From: Candidatus Latescibacterota bacterium | Lineage (GTDB): Bacteria > Latescibacterota > UBA2968 > UBA8231 | Assembly: GCA_965248355.1 (NCBI GenBank) | Contig: OZ252098.1 | Location: 5,280,001 to 5,344,000 of the forward strand | DNA length: 64,000 nucleotides | Reading direction: 5' to 3' | Shown here: in pieces, positions 48,615 to 57,526 of the stretch | Numbering within the stretch: position 1 is the stretch's first letter | How the letters are laid out: every line of letters begins with the position of its first letter | Position numbers and translations under genes: made by a program | Notes under the pieces: generated by a model | Database searches by the model: none | The model's input: only the letters and a program-made list of their open reading frames with translations | Told to the model about the DNA's origin: nothing

Positions 48615-49547
48615 TCAGAAACGCAGGGTAGCGGCTGTAGACAAGCGCCCCCATGGATCTGGGACCAGACCGATGGAGAAACGCCGAGACTCAGGAGGCT
48701 CTCGCCATAGTTCCGACGCAATGGTCGCACCGATACTAGGACAAAGCAAAGTGGATAACGAGTCAAACCATCGATCACGAGACGCAGCCACCGCGAAGCT
48801 CAGCATTGCTCCCACCGAACTGCCAGCCAGTCCCAGGAACAAACTCTTGCTGTTATTGTTCCGATCAGGTGGATCGACCGAGATCACGCCAACCACAGCT
48901 CCTGCCGCAGATCCGAACACAGCGCCCAGAACTGCACCGCCAGGGCTACCGCCAATACCCAAGGCTCCTGCACCCAATAGGCTGAGTAGGTAGCCCGTCG
49001 CCACCCCAACCTCCAACTTTCGGGCAATCCTCTCGCCTTTGCTCGCGTCGCTACGGAGCGCAGGCGAAAGGGGATTGCGCGATAGTTCCGAAGCGGTCGT
49101 TGCACCCACAATGGGACCCAAGAAGGCGCTCAAAAAGAATAGGGTGGCGGAACCATCACTATCGATGGCAGTCAAGTGGAGTACAGCAGCAGGCACTCCT
49201 ATCCCTGCCATCGCACTGCCCGCGAGTGCTACGAGGAAGTTATCTTGTGGATCAACTGCACTCACGCCAACCGGGGTTCCAACTAGGTTGCCACCCCAAA
49301 ACCCTAAGAGAGCAGGAATCTCCCAGCCAAAACTACTACCGCCGATATGCAGCATGACGGCTGCCCCCAGGAGGCCCCCACCGACACCTCCTAGCACGCC
49401 TGCTGCGAGCTTTTTAGGAAGCCGGTTGGCGTCGTCTCTTTGTCCTGTAGTGGATGCATCTGCGTTTCCGTTGGCCGCCGCCTCCAACGGCAAGAGCAGC
49501 GCCAAGCCGATGCTAGGGATGATATTGATTGACCTGAGTGACCGCAT
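48615..49547 (-). CDS. Paralog with two VDP(Q/P)D/SEL(S/W)R units
   Basis: Signal-like IGLALLLPLEAAA; two tandem units homologous to 47624-48385; C-terminal LRF. The frame is also open further upstream. Confidence 0.72.
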   Translation of the reverse strand: MRSLRSINIIPSIGLALLLPLEAAANGNADASTTGQRDDANRLPKKLAAGVLGGVGGGLLGAAVMLHIGGSSFGWEIPALLGFWGGNLVGTPVGVSAVDPQDNFLVALAGSAMAGIGVPAAVLHLTAIDSDGSATLFFLSAFLGPIVGATTASELSRNPLSPALRSDASKGERIARKLEVGVATGYLLSLLGAGALGIGGSPGGAVLGAVFGSAAGAVVGVISVDPPDRNNNSKSLFLGLAGSSVGAMLSFAVAASRDRWFDSLSTLLCPSIGATIASELWREPPESRRFSIGLVPDPWGRLSTAATLRF

Positions 49548-50048
49548 GTCGATCGCCCCATTGAGGTGGAAACGGAGCGTCCTCTCCATACCGCTCGTCC
49601 AGACCAGGCTGGAGTAGATGTTGTCGGGGATGTCGCGGTACCCTAGCCGATGGGTGACCGAGGCCGAGAGGCCCGCAGTTAGCCCTATTCTCTCGATCCC
49701 GTTCGCTGGAGTCCCCCGTTCCCGTAGGGGCCTATCCGCGGAATTCGCATGTGCATCGCTGAGACAGAGCAGTAGGGAGACCGCCATGATCAGGGACTCA
49801 GGGCGGTGCTCATCGCTGCACTTCCTTCTTCTCTCCCAGTGCATGATACCCTTCGCGGTGTGGTTTGGGAAAGCGAAAGCAGGCGCGAATTTGTGGGTGA
49901 GTGCCGGGCGTGTCAACGTTACGTTGTAGGGAGGCACCGCCTCAGCCACCGCTCGAGCCCGCCGCGTTGCGCCCGCCCCGCACCACGGCTACCCTTTCCC
50001 GCTTCGAGCGCCGCCCCGCATCGTCCCGACCTCCACCAGGAGCCCGGC

Positions 50049-51314
50049 GTGAGCCCGGAAGCCAACGTCAGCACCGCCTCCCGACCGTCGAGCCTGAGGA
50101 TCACCGACCTGCGCGTCGCCCGCCTCCGGGGGGCGCCGTTCCACTCCACCCTCATCCGCATCGACACCGACCAGGGGATCTCCGGGAACGGCGAGGTGCG
50201 CGACGGCGGCAGCCCGACGTACGCGCTCATGCTGAAGAGCCGCCTCCTCGGACAGAACCCCTGCGACGTGGACCGTCTCTTCCGTCGCGTCAAGCAGTTC
50301 GGCCACCACGCCCGCCAGGCCGGCGGCGTCTGCGCCGTGGAGATGGCCCTCATGGACCTGGCGGGGCGGGCGTACGGAGTTCCCGCCTACCAGCTGGCGG
50401 GGGGGCGGTTCCGCGACCGGGTCCTGTGCTACTGCGACACGACCTCCGTCGACGACGGCCGGGAGATGGGGCGGCGTCTGCGGCAGCGCATGGAGGAGGG
50501 TTTCGCCTTCCTCAAGATGGACATCGGGCTGAGAACCCTGCACGGGCGGTCCGACTGCGTCATCGCGCCGCCGGGCATGCTGGAGTCGTCCACCGTCATG
50601 CACCCCTTCACCGGCATCCAGATCACGGAGCGGGGGATCGGCCTGCTGTGCGAGTACGTGGCCGCGGTGCGCGACGAGATCGGCTACGAGGTGCCCCTGG
50701 CGGCCGACCATTTCGGCCATCTCGGCCTGGAGTCCTGCATCCGCCTGGGCCGGGCCCTGGACCAGTTCAGCCTGGCCTGGTACGAGGACATGATCCCCTG
50801 GCAGCTCGCCGATCAGTACCAGCGGCTCTCGGAGTCGGTGGAGACGCCGGTCTGTACCGGCGAGGACATCTATCTGAAGGAGGGTTTCGCCGAGCTCTTC
50901 GGCCGGCGCGCCATCGCCGTGGCCCACCCGGATCTGGCTTCGTCCGGCGGCATCCTGGAGACCAAGAAGATCGGCGACGCGGCCCAGGAGGCCGGCATCG
51001 CCATGGCTCTGCACATGGCCATGAGCCCGGTGGCGGCCATGGCCTCGGTGCATGCGGCGGCGGCCACGGAGAACTTCCTCGTCCTGGAGAACCACTCGGT
51101 GGACGACCTGGAGCGCTGGAGCAGCCTGGTGACGGGGCTGCCCGTGCCCCTCATCGAGGACGGCCACATCGCCGTGCCCGAGACCCCGGGCCTCGGCTTC
51201 GAGGGGCTGAACGAGGACGTGCTGCGGGAGTTCGCCGACCCCGATGCGGGGGAGCCCTTCGGACCCACCGATGGCTGGGACTCCGAGACCGCCCACGACC
51301 GGCTCTGGAGCTGA
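50049..51314 (+). CDS. Mandelate racemase/muconate-lactonizing family enzyme
   Basis: TDQGISGNGEVRD, EMALMDLAG, LKMD, ADH, WYED, TGED, LENH; RBS AGGAG. Confidence 0.92.
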   Translation: MSPEANVSTASRPSSLRITDLRVARLRGAPFHSTLIRIDTDQGISGNGEVRDGGSPTYALMLKSRLLGQNPCDVDRLFRRVKQFGHHARQAGGVCAVEMALMDLAGRAYGVPAYQLAGGRFRDRVLCYCDTTSVDDGREMGRRLRQRMEEGFAFLKMDIGLRTLHGRSDCVIAPPGMLESSTVMHPFTGIQITERGIGLLCEYVAAVRDEIGYEVPLAADHFGHLGLESCIRLGRALDQFSLAWYEDMIPWQLADQYQRLSESVETPVCTGEDIYLKEGFAELFGRRAIAVAHPDLASSGGILETKKIGDAAQEAGIAMALHMAMSPVAAMASVHAAAATENFLVLENHSVDDLERWSSLVTGLPVPLIEDGHIAVPETPGLGFEGLNEDVLREFADPDAGEPFGPTDGWDSETAHDRLWS

Positions 51315-51315
51315 G

Positions 51316-52425
51316 GTGAGGGCCTACGACATCGCCGTCCTGCCCGGCGACGGCATCGCCCCGGAGGTGGTGGCCGAGGCGCAGCGGGTGCTCGAGGCGG
51401 CCGGAGGCCCGGAGCTGAGGTACACCGAGCATCCCTGCGGCGCCGGCTGCTACCTGGAGCAGGGGGATCCCCTCCCGGAGTCCACGGTGGAGGCCTGCCG
51501 CCGGGCCGACGCCGTCCTCCTCGGCGCCATGGGCCTGCCCGACGTGCGCTGGCCCGACGGCACCGAGATGCGGCCCCAGATCGACCTGCGCATCCTCCTC
51601 GACCTCTACGCCGGCGTGCGGCCCATCTACCTCCACGCCGCCCACCACTGTCCTCTGAAGGGCTACGGCGCCGGCGACATCGACTTCGTCATCCTGCGGG
51701 AGAACGTGGAGGGCCTCTTCGCCTCCATGAACGGCGGCGTGCGGCTGCGCGACGAGACCGCCGTGGACACCATGGTGATCACGCGCTCCGGCTCCGAGCG
51801 TATCTCGCGCTACGCCTTCGGCCTGGCGCGGCAGCGGCGCGCCGAGCGCCTCGAGGGGCTTCGCGCAGACCGCCCCGCGGGCGTGACCCTGGTGGACAAG
51901 GCGAACGTCTTCCGCTCCATGGCGTTCTTCCGCGAGGTCTTCGACGAGGTGGCCGCCGGCTTCGACGTCGACGCCGGCCACGCCTACGTGGACGCCATGG
52001 CCCTCTACCTCGTGCGCCAGCCGGAGAGCTGGGACGTGATGGTCACGGAGAACATGTTCGGCGACATTCTCTCCGACCTGGGCGCCGGCCTCGTGGGCGG
52101 TCTCGGCATGGCCCCCTCCGCCGACATCGGCGAGGACGCCGCCGTCTTCCAGCCCTCCCACGGGACGGCGCCGGACATCGCCGGACAGGGGATCGCCAAC
52201 CCGTCGGCCGCCATCCTCTCGGCGGCGATGATGCTGCGCTGGCTCGGGGTCCGCCACGGCGACGACGAGGCCCTGGCCGCCGCCGCCCGCGTCGACGCCG
52301 CCGTGGCCGCGGTGCTGGCCGAGGAGGGGACGGGCACACCCGACATCGGCGGCGCCATGACCACGGCCGAGCTGGGAGGGGCGGTGGCGCAGGCCGTGAA
52401 ACACGGAGGAGAGTCAGTCAGATGA
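51316..52425 (+). CDS. Isopropylmalate/tartrate dehydrogenase family beta-decarboxylating dehydrogenase
   Basis: [48 protein letters not shown]. Confidence 0.92.
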   Translation: MRAYDIAVLPGDGIAPEVVAEAQRVLEAAGGPELRYTEHPCGAGCYLEQGDPLPESTVEACRRADAVLLGAMGLPDVRWPDGTEMRPQIDLRILLDLYAGVRPIYLHAAHHCPLKGYGAGDIDFVILRENVEGLFASMNGGVRLRDETAVDTMVITRSGSERISRYAFGLARQRRAERLEGLRADRPAGVTLVDKANVFRSMAFFREVFDEVAAGFDVDAGHAYVDAMALYLVRQPESWDVMVTENMFGDILSDLGAGLVGGLGMAPSADIGEDAAVFQPSHGTAPDIAGQGIANPSAAILSAAMMLRWLGVRHGDDEALAAAARVDAAVAAVLAEEGTGTPDIGGAMTTAELGGAVAQAVKHGGESVR

Positions 52426-53276
52426 GCGCACTGGTGACCGATGCCGACCTGCAGTCCTACCGCGACCAGGGTTACCTGGTGGTGCCGGGGCTGGTGAGCC
52501 CCGAAGAGGTGGAGGTGCTGCGCGCCGACGCCCTGCGCGTGTGCCGCGGCGAGTACCCCCACCCGAACCTGGAGCCCATGCCCGCCGGCCTGACCGACGA
52601 CGAGGTGCTGCGCGGATTCCTGTGCATCCACCAGCCCCACAAGGTCTCCCCGGTGATGCTCGACCGCGGCGTCCGCCACCCCGGCCTCGCCCAGGTGCTG
52701 TCGCGCCTCATCGGGCCGGACGTCAAGTGCATGCAGTCCATGCTCTTCGTCAAGCCGCCGGGCTTCCAGGGGCAGGCCTGGCACCAGGACGAGATCTTCA
52801 TCCCCACCCGCGACCGCTCGCTGACCGGGGGGTGGATCGCCCTCGACGACGCCACCCTCGGGAACGGCTGCATGTGGGTGCTCCCGGGCTCCCACCTGTG
52901 GGCCCTCTACGACCAGCGCCCCCACGACGATCCCGAGGAGTTCGACGGCGCCCCCGAGTCCTACGGATTCGAGGATGCCGGGGAGGTACCGGTGGAGGCG
53001 AAAGCGGGGGACGTGGTGTTCTTCAACGGCTACCTGCTGCACCGCTCCCGGAAGAACCGCAGCGATGTCTTCCGCCGGGTGCTGGTCAACCACTACATGA
53101 ACGCCTGGTCCCGCCTGCCATGGCAGCCGCGCGACGGCGAGAGCCCGGCCCGCGCCGACTACCGCGACATCGTCATGATCTGCGGCGAGGACCCCTACGC
53201 CTGGAAGGGGCTCGAGGACCGGTCCGGGGTCGGTCTGCGCCAGTGCAAGGCCATCGCCGACCAGCGCGGCGCGTGA
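52422..53276 (+). CDS. PhyH-family dioxygenase
   Basis: FVKPPG, WHQD, WIALDD, NGCM, PGSH, LLHRS. Confidence 0.92.
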   Translation: MSALVTDADLQSYRDQGYLVVPGLVSPEEVEVLRADALRVCRGEYPHPNLEPMPAGLTDDEVLRGFLCIHQPHKVSPVMLDRGVRHPGLAQVLSRLIGPDVKCMQSMLFVKPPGFQGQAWHQDEIFIPTRDRSLTGGWIALDDATLGNGCMWVLPGSHLWALYDQRPHDDPEEFDGAPESYGFEDAGEVPVEAKAGDVVFFNGYLLHRSRKNRSDVFRRVLVNHYMNAWSRLPWQPRDGESPARADYRDIVMICGEDPYAWKGLEDRSGVGLRQCKAIADQRGA

Positions 53277-54517
53277 ACCCTCCCGTCCCGCCCCTGTCCC
53301 GGCGGCGGTTCCTCGGTCTCGGTCTGACCGCCGCGGCCCTGCCGGCCCTGGCCTCGCCGGGCCTCGCCTCGACGGAGGCCGCCCCGAGGCGGGCGGTCCG
53401 GCCCCGGCTGCGGGATCTCGGCATCGTCATCGGCGAGCTGCCGGCGGGAGCGGAGAACGTCCTCACCGACGTGCCCGGGGTGCGCGTCGGCCACGCCACC
53501 CTCATCCACGGCCAGGGCCCGCTCGTCGTCGGCAGCGGCCCCGTGCGCACCGGTGTCACCGCCGTCCTGCCGCGCCCGGAGCTGCCATGGCGCCGGCCCG
53601 TCTTCGCCGCCGACCTGACGATCAACGGCAACGGCGAGCTCACCGGCCTGGGACCGGTGCGCCGCACCGGGGTCCTGGCGGCCCCCGTCCTGCTCACCGA
53701 CACCGGCAGCGTCGGCCGCGCTTACGACGGCGCCGTGGGCTGGGCCCTGGAGCAGGACCCGGCCGCCTTCGACGCCCCCTTCCGGCCGGACCCCGTGGTG
53801 GGGGAGACCTGGGCCGGATTCCTGCACGACACCGCCGGCGGCCACCTGGGTCCCGCCCACGTGGTCCGGGCCCTGGCCGGGGCCTGCGGCGGGCCGGTGG
53901 CCGAGGGTTCCGTGGGCGGCGGCACCGGCATGCGCGCCTTCCAGTTCAAGGCCGGCATCGGCACCGCCTCGCGCCGCATCGCCGTCGGCCCCGGCGGCGC
54001 CGGGGAGTACACGGTGGGCGTCCTCGTGCAGGCCAACTTCGGCCGCCGGCCGCAGTTGCGGGTGAAGGGCGTGCCCGTGGGCCGCCTGCTGAGCGACCGC
54101 CTCCCGGAGCGCGGGGGACGGCCGCCGTCCGACGTCGCGCCCGGCAACTCGCTGCTCATGGTGGTGGCCACCGACGCGCCGCTGATCCCGGTGCAGCTGC
54201 AGCGCCTGTGCAAGCGCGCCCTCGTCGGCATGGCCCGCACCGGCGGCATCTCCACCCACGGCAGCGGCGACCTGGCGATCGCCTTCTCCACGGGAAACGA
54301 TCCGGCGCCGGCGGCAGAAGGCTCGCTCCAGATCCTGCACTACTCGCACATGAGCCGGCTCTTCGCCGGCGTGGTGGAGGCCGCGGAGGAGGCGATCCTG
54401 AACGCCCTGACCGCGGCCGGCACCATGGTCGGCCGCGACGGCAACACCATCCACGGGCTGCCCCTGGAGGAGTTCGTCGAGGTCATGGAGCGCTACGGAG
54501 AGGCCGGGGGGCCGTGA
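53273..54517 (+). CDS. Tat-exported DmpA/BapA (S58/P1) aminopeptidase
   Basis: SRRRFL Tat motif; [54 protein letters not shown]. Confidence 0.9.
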   Translation: MNPPVPPLSRRRFLGLGLTAAALPALASPGLASTEAAPRRAVRPRLRDLGIVIGELPAGAENVLTDVPGVRVGHATLIHGQGPLVVGSGPVRTGVTAVLPRPELPWRRPVFAADLTINGNGELTGLGPVRRTGVLAAPVLLTDTGSVGRAYDGAVGWALEQDPAAFDAPFRPDPVVGETWAGFLHDTAGGHLGPAHVVRALAGACGGPVAEGSVGGGTGMRAFQFKAGIGTASRRIAVGPGGAGEYTVGVLVQANFGRRPQLRVKGVPVGRLLSDRLPERGGRPPSDVAPGNSLLMVVATDAPLIPVQLQRLCKRALVGMARTGGISTHGSGDLAIAFSTGNDPAPAAEGSLQILHYSHMSRLFAGVVEAAEEAILNALTAAGTMVGRDGNTIHGLPLEEFVEVMERYGEAGGP

Positions 54518-55527
54518 GGCTGCGTGATCTCGGTCTCGCGGTCGGCCGCCTTGAGCCGGGCGCGGCGAACGCGGTCACCGACGTGCCCGGCGTGCACGTG
54601 GGGCACGCGCCGGGAGCCGCGAGCGGGGTGACGGCCCTGATCCCCTTCGCCGGGGCGCCGCGGCGGTTCTTCGCCGGCCGCTGGTCCCTCGACGGCGGCG
54701 ACGAGCTGATCGGCGGGCTGGCCATGATCGAGGACTTCGGCGCCCTGTCGACGCCGCTGGTGCTGGCGCCGCCCCAGGCCGCCGGACGGGTCTACGACGG
54801 CCTGCTGGACTACGGATTCCAGCTGGACGCGGGCCTGCCCGAGGACGCCGGTTGGCCGCCCGGCCTGATCGCCGTGGACGGCGTGCCGGCCTCGTCGGTA
54901 TCGCTCCACGCCGCCCTGACGGAGGAGCACGTGGCCGCCGCCCTGTCCGCCGCCTCGGCGGAGCCGCCCGCCGAGGGCCAGACCGGCGTGGGCCGCGGCC
55001 TGGCCGCCTTCGGGGCGCGGGCCGGCATCGGCACCGCCTCGCGGCGGCTGCCCGCCGGCTCCGTGGTCGGGGTCCTGCTGGCCGCCAACGGCGGCGAGCC
55101 CGGGGCCCTGACCGTCGACGGCGAGCGCGTCGGCCCGCGGCTGGGGCTGGCTCCCCTGGCCCCGGAGAGGCGGCGGACCTTCGCCGCCGTGATCGCCACC
55201 GACGCCCCCCTGCTGCCGGTCCAGCTCGACCGCCTGGCCCAGAGGGCCGCCTTCGGCCTGGTTCGGGTGGGCCTGCTCGACGAGCACACGTCCGGCGGCA
55301 CCATCCTCGCCCTGTCCACCACGGCCCTGCGGGACGACACGCCGGCCGGTCCGGGCGCCGTGAGGGCCGCCGCCACCGCCGAAAGGGCGCTGCCGGAGCT
55401 GTTCGCAGCCGCCGCCGAGAGCTGCGAGGAAGCGGTCCTCAACGCCCTCGTCGCGGCCAGCGCCCAGCCTTCTCTCGACGGCTCCCCGCCCCTGCCCGCG
55501 GAGCGCCTGCGACCGGGGGGGCGGTGA
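54514..55527 (+). CDS. Divergent DmpA-family paralog, possibly non-catalytic
   Basis: GTGA overlap; TDVPGVHVGH, GIGTASR, ATDAPLL, EEAVLNAL retained; autocleavage site altered. Confidence 0.8.
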   Translation: MRLRDLGLAVGRLEPGAANAVTDVPGVHVGHAPGAASGVTALIPFAGAPRRFFAGRWSLDGGDELIGGLAMIEDFGALSTPLVLAPPQAAGRVYDGLLDYGFQLDAGLPEDAGWPPGLIAVDGVPASSVSLHAALTEEHVAAALSAASAEPPAEGQTGVGRGLAAFGARAGIGTASRRLPAGSVVGVLLAANGGEPGALTVDGERVGPRLGLAPLAPERRRTFAAVIATDAPLLPVQLDRLAQRAAFGLVRVGLLDEHTSGGTILALSTTALRDDTPAGPGAVRAAATAERALPELFAAAAESCEEAVLNALVAASAQPSLDGSPPLPAERLRPGGR

Positions 55528-56663
55528 GCGCGGCCGGGCTGGGCGATGCCCGCTGGCGCGCCGGACTGCGGCGCCGGCTGCTGGCCTGGTACCGGCGGCA
55601 CCGCCGGGACCTGCCCTGGCGCCGCACGGCGGACCCCTATTCGATCTGGGTCTCGGAGGTGATGCTGCAGCAGACCCGCGTCGAGACGGCGCGCGGCTAC
55701 TACGAACGCTTCCTGGCGCGCTATCCGACGGTCGAGGCCCTGGCCGCCGCCGGGGAGGGCGAGGTGCTCAAGGCGTGGGAGGGGATGGGCTACTACTCCC
55801 GGGCGCGCAACCTGCACCGGGCGGCGCGCACCGTCGTCGGCGAGCACGGCGGTCAGCTGCCGGGAACCTACGACGGACTGCTCGATCTGCCCGGCGTCGG
55901 GCCGTACACGGCGGCGGCGGTCAGCTCCATCGCCTTCGACCGGCCCCATCCCGTGCTCGACGGCAACGTGACCCGCCTGCTCTGCCGGCTGCTGCGGGTC
56001 GAGGACGATCCCCGGCGCGCCCCGGTGCGGGCCCGGCTGATCGCCGCCGGCGAGGCCCTGATGCCACGGTCCCGCCCGGGGGATTTCAACCAGGCCCTGA
56101 TGGAGCTCGGCGCCCGGGTCTGCACCCCGGCCAGCCCGAGCTGCGGCGAGTGTCCGCTACGCGCCCATTGCCGCTCCCGGGCCGAGTTGGACGACCCGTC
56201 GGTGCTGCCCGTGCGGCCGGAGCGCCGGCCGCGGCCCCACCTGGAGGTGGCGGCGGGCCTGATCCGCAGGGGGAACCGGCTGCTGCTGGCGCAGCGCCCG
56301 CCCGGAGGCATGCTGGCGGGGCTGTGGGAGTTCCCGGGGGGCAAGCTCGAGCCGGGGGAGAGCCTGCCGGACTGCCTGCGGCGGGAGGTCCGGGAGGAGC
56401 TGGATATCGACATCGAGGTGGAGCGCCCCCTGGCGGTCGTCGACCACGACTACTCGCACCGGTCCATCCGGCTCCACGCCTTTGCCGCGCGCTGCCTCGG
56501 CGGGCGGGTGCGCGCTCTCGGCTGCGCCGCCTGGGCCTGGGTCTCGCCGGGCGGCCTCGACGGCTACGCCATGCCCCGGGCGGACCGCAAGATCATCGCC
56601 CGCCTCGGGTGGGAGGGCCGCCGCCGCGGGCACTTCCGGACGGAGGGCTGGCTCGGTGGCTGA
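55524..56663 (+). CDS. mutY: A/G-specific adenine glycosylase with near-intact C-terminal Nudix box
   Basis: WVSEVMLQQT, GYYSRARNL, LPGVGPYTA, LDGNV, C-X6-C-X2-C-X5-C, WEFPGGK...REVREE. Confidence 0.96.
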   Translation: MSAAGLGDARWRAGLRRRLLAWYRRHRRDLPWRRTADPYSIWVSEVMLQQTRVETARGYYERFLARYPTVEALAAAGEGEVLKAWEGMGYYSRARNLHRAARTVVGEHGGQLPGTYDGLLDLPGVGPYTAAAVSSIAFDRPHPVLDGNVTRLLCRLLRVEDDPRRAPVRARLIAAGEALMPRSRPGDFNQALMELGARVCTPASPSCGECPLRAHCRSRAELDDPSVLPVRPERRPRPHLEVAAGLIRRGNRLLLAQRPPGGMLAGLWEFPGGKLEPGESLPDCLRREVREELDIDIEVERPLAVVDHDYSHRSIRLHAFAARCLGGRVRALGCAAWAWVSPGGLDGYAMPRADRKIIARLGWEGRRRGHFRTEGWLGG

Positions 56664-57291
56664 GCAGGGTTCGGGGCGCGGACCCCTCCGGCGCCTCTAC
56701 GACGGCCTCCTGAGCTGGTCGGAGACGCCCTATGGCGGTCTCGTCCTGTTCTTGTGGGCCTTCGTCGAGTCCTCCGTCTTCCCCATCCCCCCCGACGCCT
56801 TCCTCATCGCCATGGTCCTGGGCGCCCGGAGCCGGGCCTGGCGCTTCGCCCTGATCGCCTCGGCGGCCTCCGTCCTCGGCGGCATCGCCGGGTACGGCGT
56901 CGGTCACTGGCTGTGGTGGTCGGGACCGGGGGAGCTGTCGGGGGTGGCCCAGTTCTTCTTCGACCGGGTCCCGGGCTTCACCCTGGAGAGGTTTCTGCGC
57001 GTCCAGGCCCAGTACGAGAGCTGGGGGTTCTGGGTGGTCTTCACCGCCGGCTTCACGCCCCTGCCCTACAAGGTGATCACCATCTCGGCCGGGGCCTTCG
57101 ACATCTCCTTCGCGGTCTTCGTGGCGGCCTCGCTGCTGAGCCGGTCGGCGCGGTTCTTCCTCGTGGCCGGGCTGTTGTGGAGGTACGGCGAGCCGGTGCG
57201 GGACTTCATCGACCGCCGCTTCGACCTGCTGGCCGTGCTCTTCGTGGTCCTGTTGCTCGGAGGCCTGTACGCCGCCGGGGAGTGGTTCTGA
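56656..57291 (+). CDS. YqaA/DedA (VTT) family membrane protein
   Basis: ESSVFPIPPD, GFTPLPYKV, SRSARFF. Confidence 0.9.
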   Translation: MAEQGSGRGPLRRLYDGLLSWSETPYGGLVLFLWAFVESSVFPIPPDAFLIAMVLGARSRAWRFALIASAASVLGGIAGYGVGHWLWWSGPGELSGVAQFFFDRVPGFTLERFLRVQAQYESWGFWVVFTAGFTPLPYKVITISAGAFDISFAVFVAASLLSRSARFFLVAGLLWRYGEPVRDFIDRRFDLLAVLFVVLLLGGLYAAGEWF

Positions 57292-57295
57292 GAGG

Positions 57296-57526
57296 TCAGT
57301 CCCCGTCGGCCTCGCGGCGGGCCTGGGCGAAGCGGCGCACCCGCCGGACGAGGATGACCACCAGCCCGGCGAGGGCCGCGTACAGCACGATCTCGAAGGC
57401 CGGGTGGCGCCACCCCAGGATCACGGGCCACATGCTCAGCACGCACAGGAGGATGAAGATGTCCTCGGCGAGTCGGGCCCGGCGGCCGGGGCCGGGCTGC
57501 TGCGGGTCGGAAGGGGAGGAGATCAA
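57296..57526 (-). CDS. Small two-TM membrane protein
   Basis: 76 aa, two hydrophobic helices; TTG overlaps the upstream stop. Confidence 0.6.
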   Translation of the reverse strand: MISSPSDPQQPGPGRRARLAEDIFILLCVLSMWPVILGWRHPAFEIVLYAALAGLVVILVRRVRRFAQARREADGD

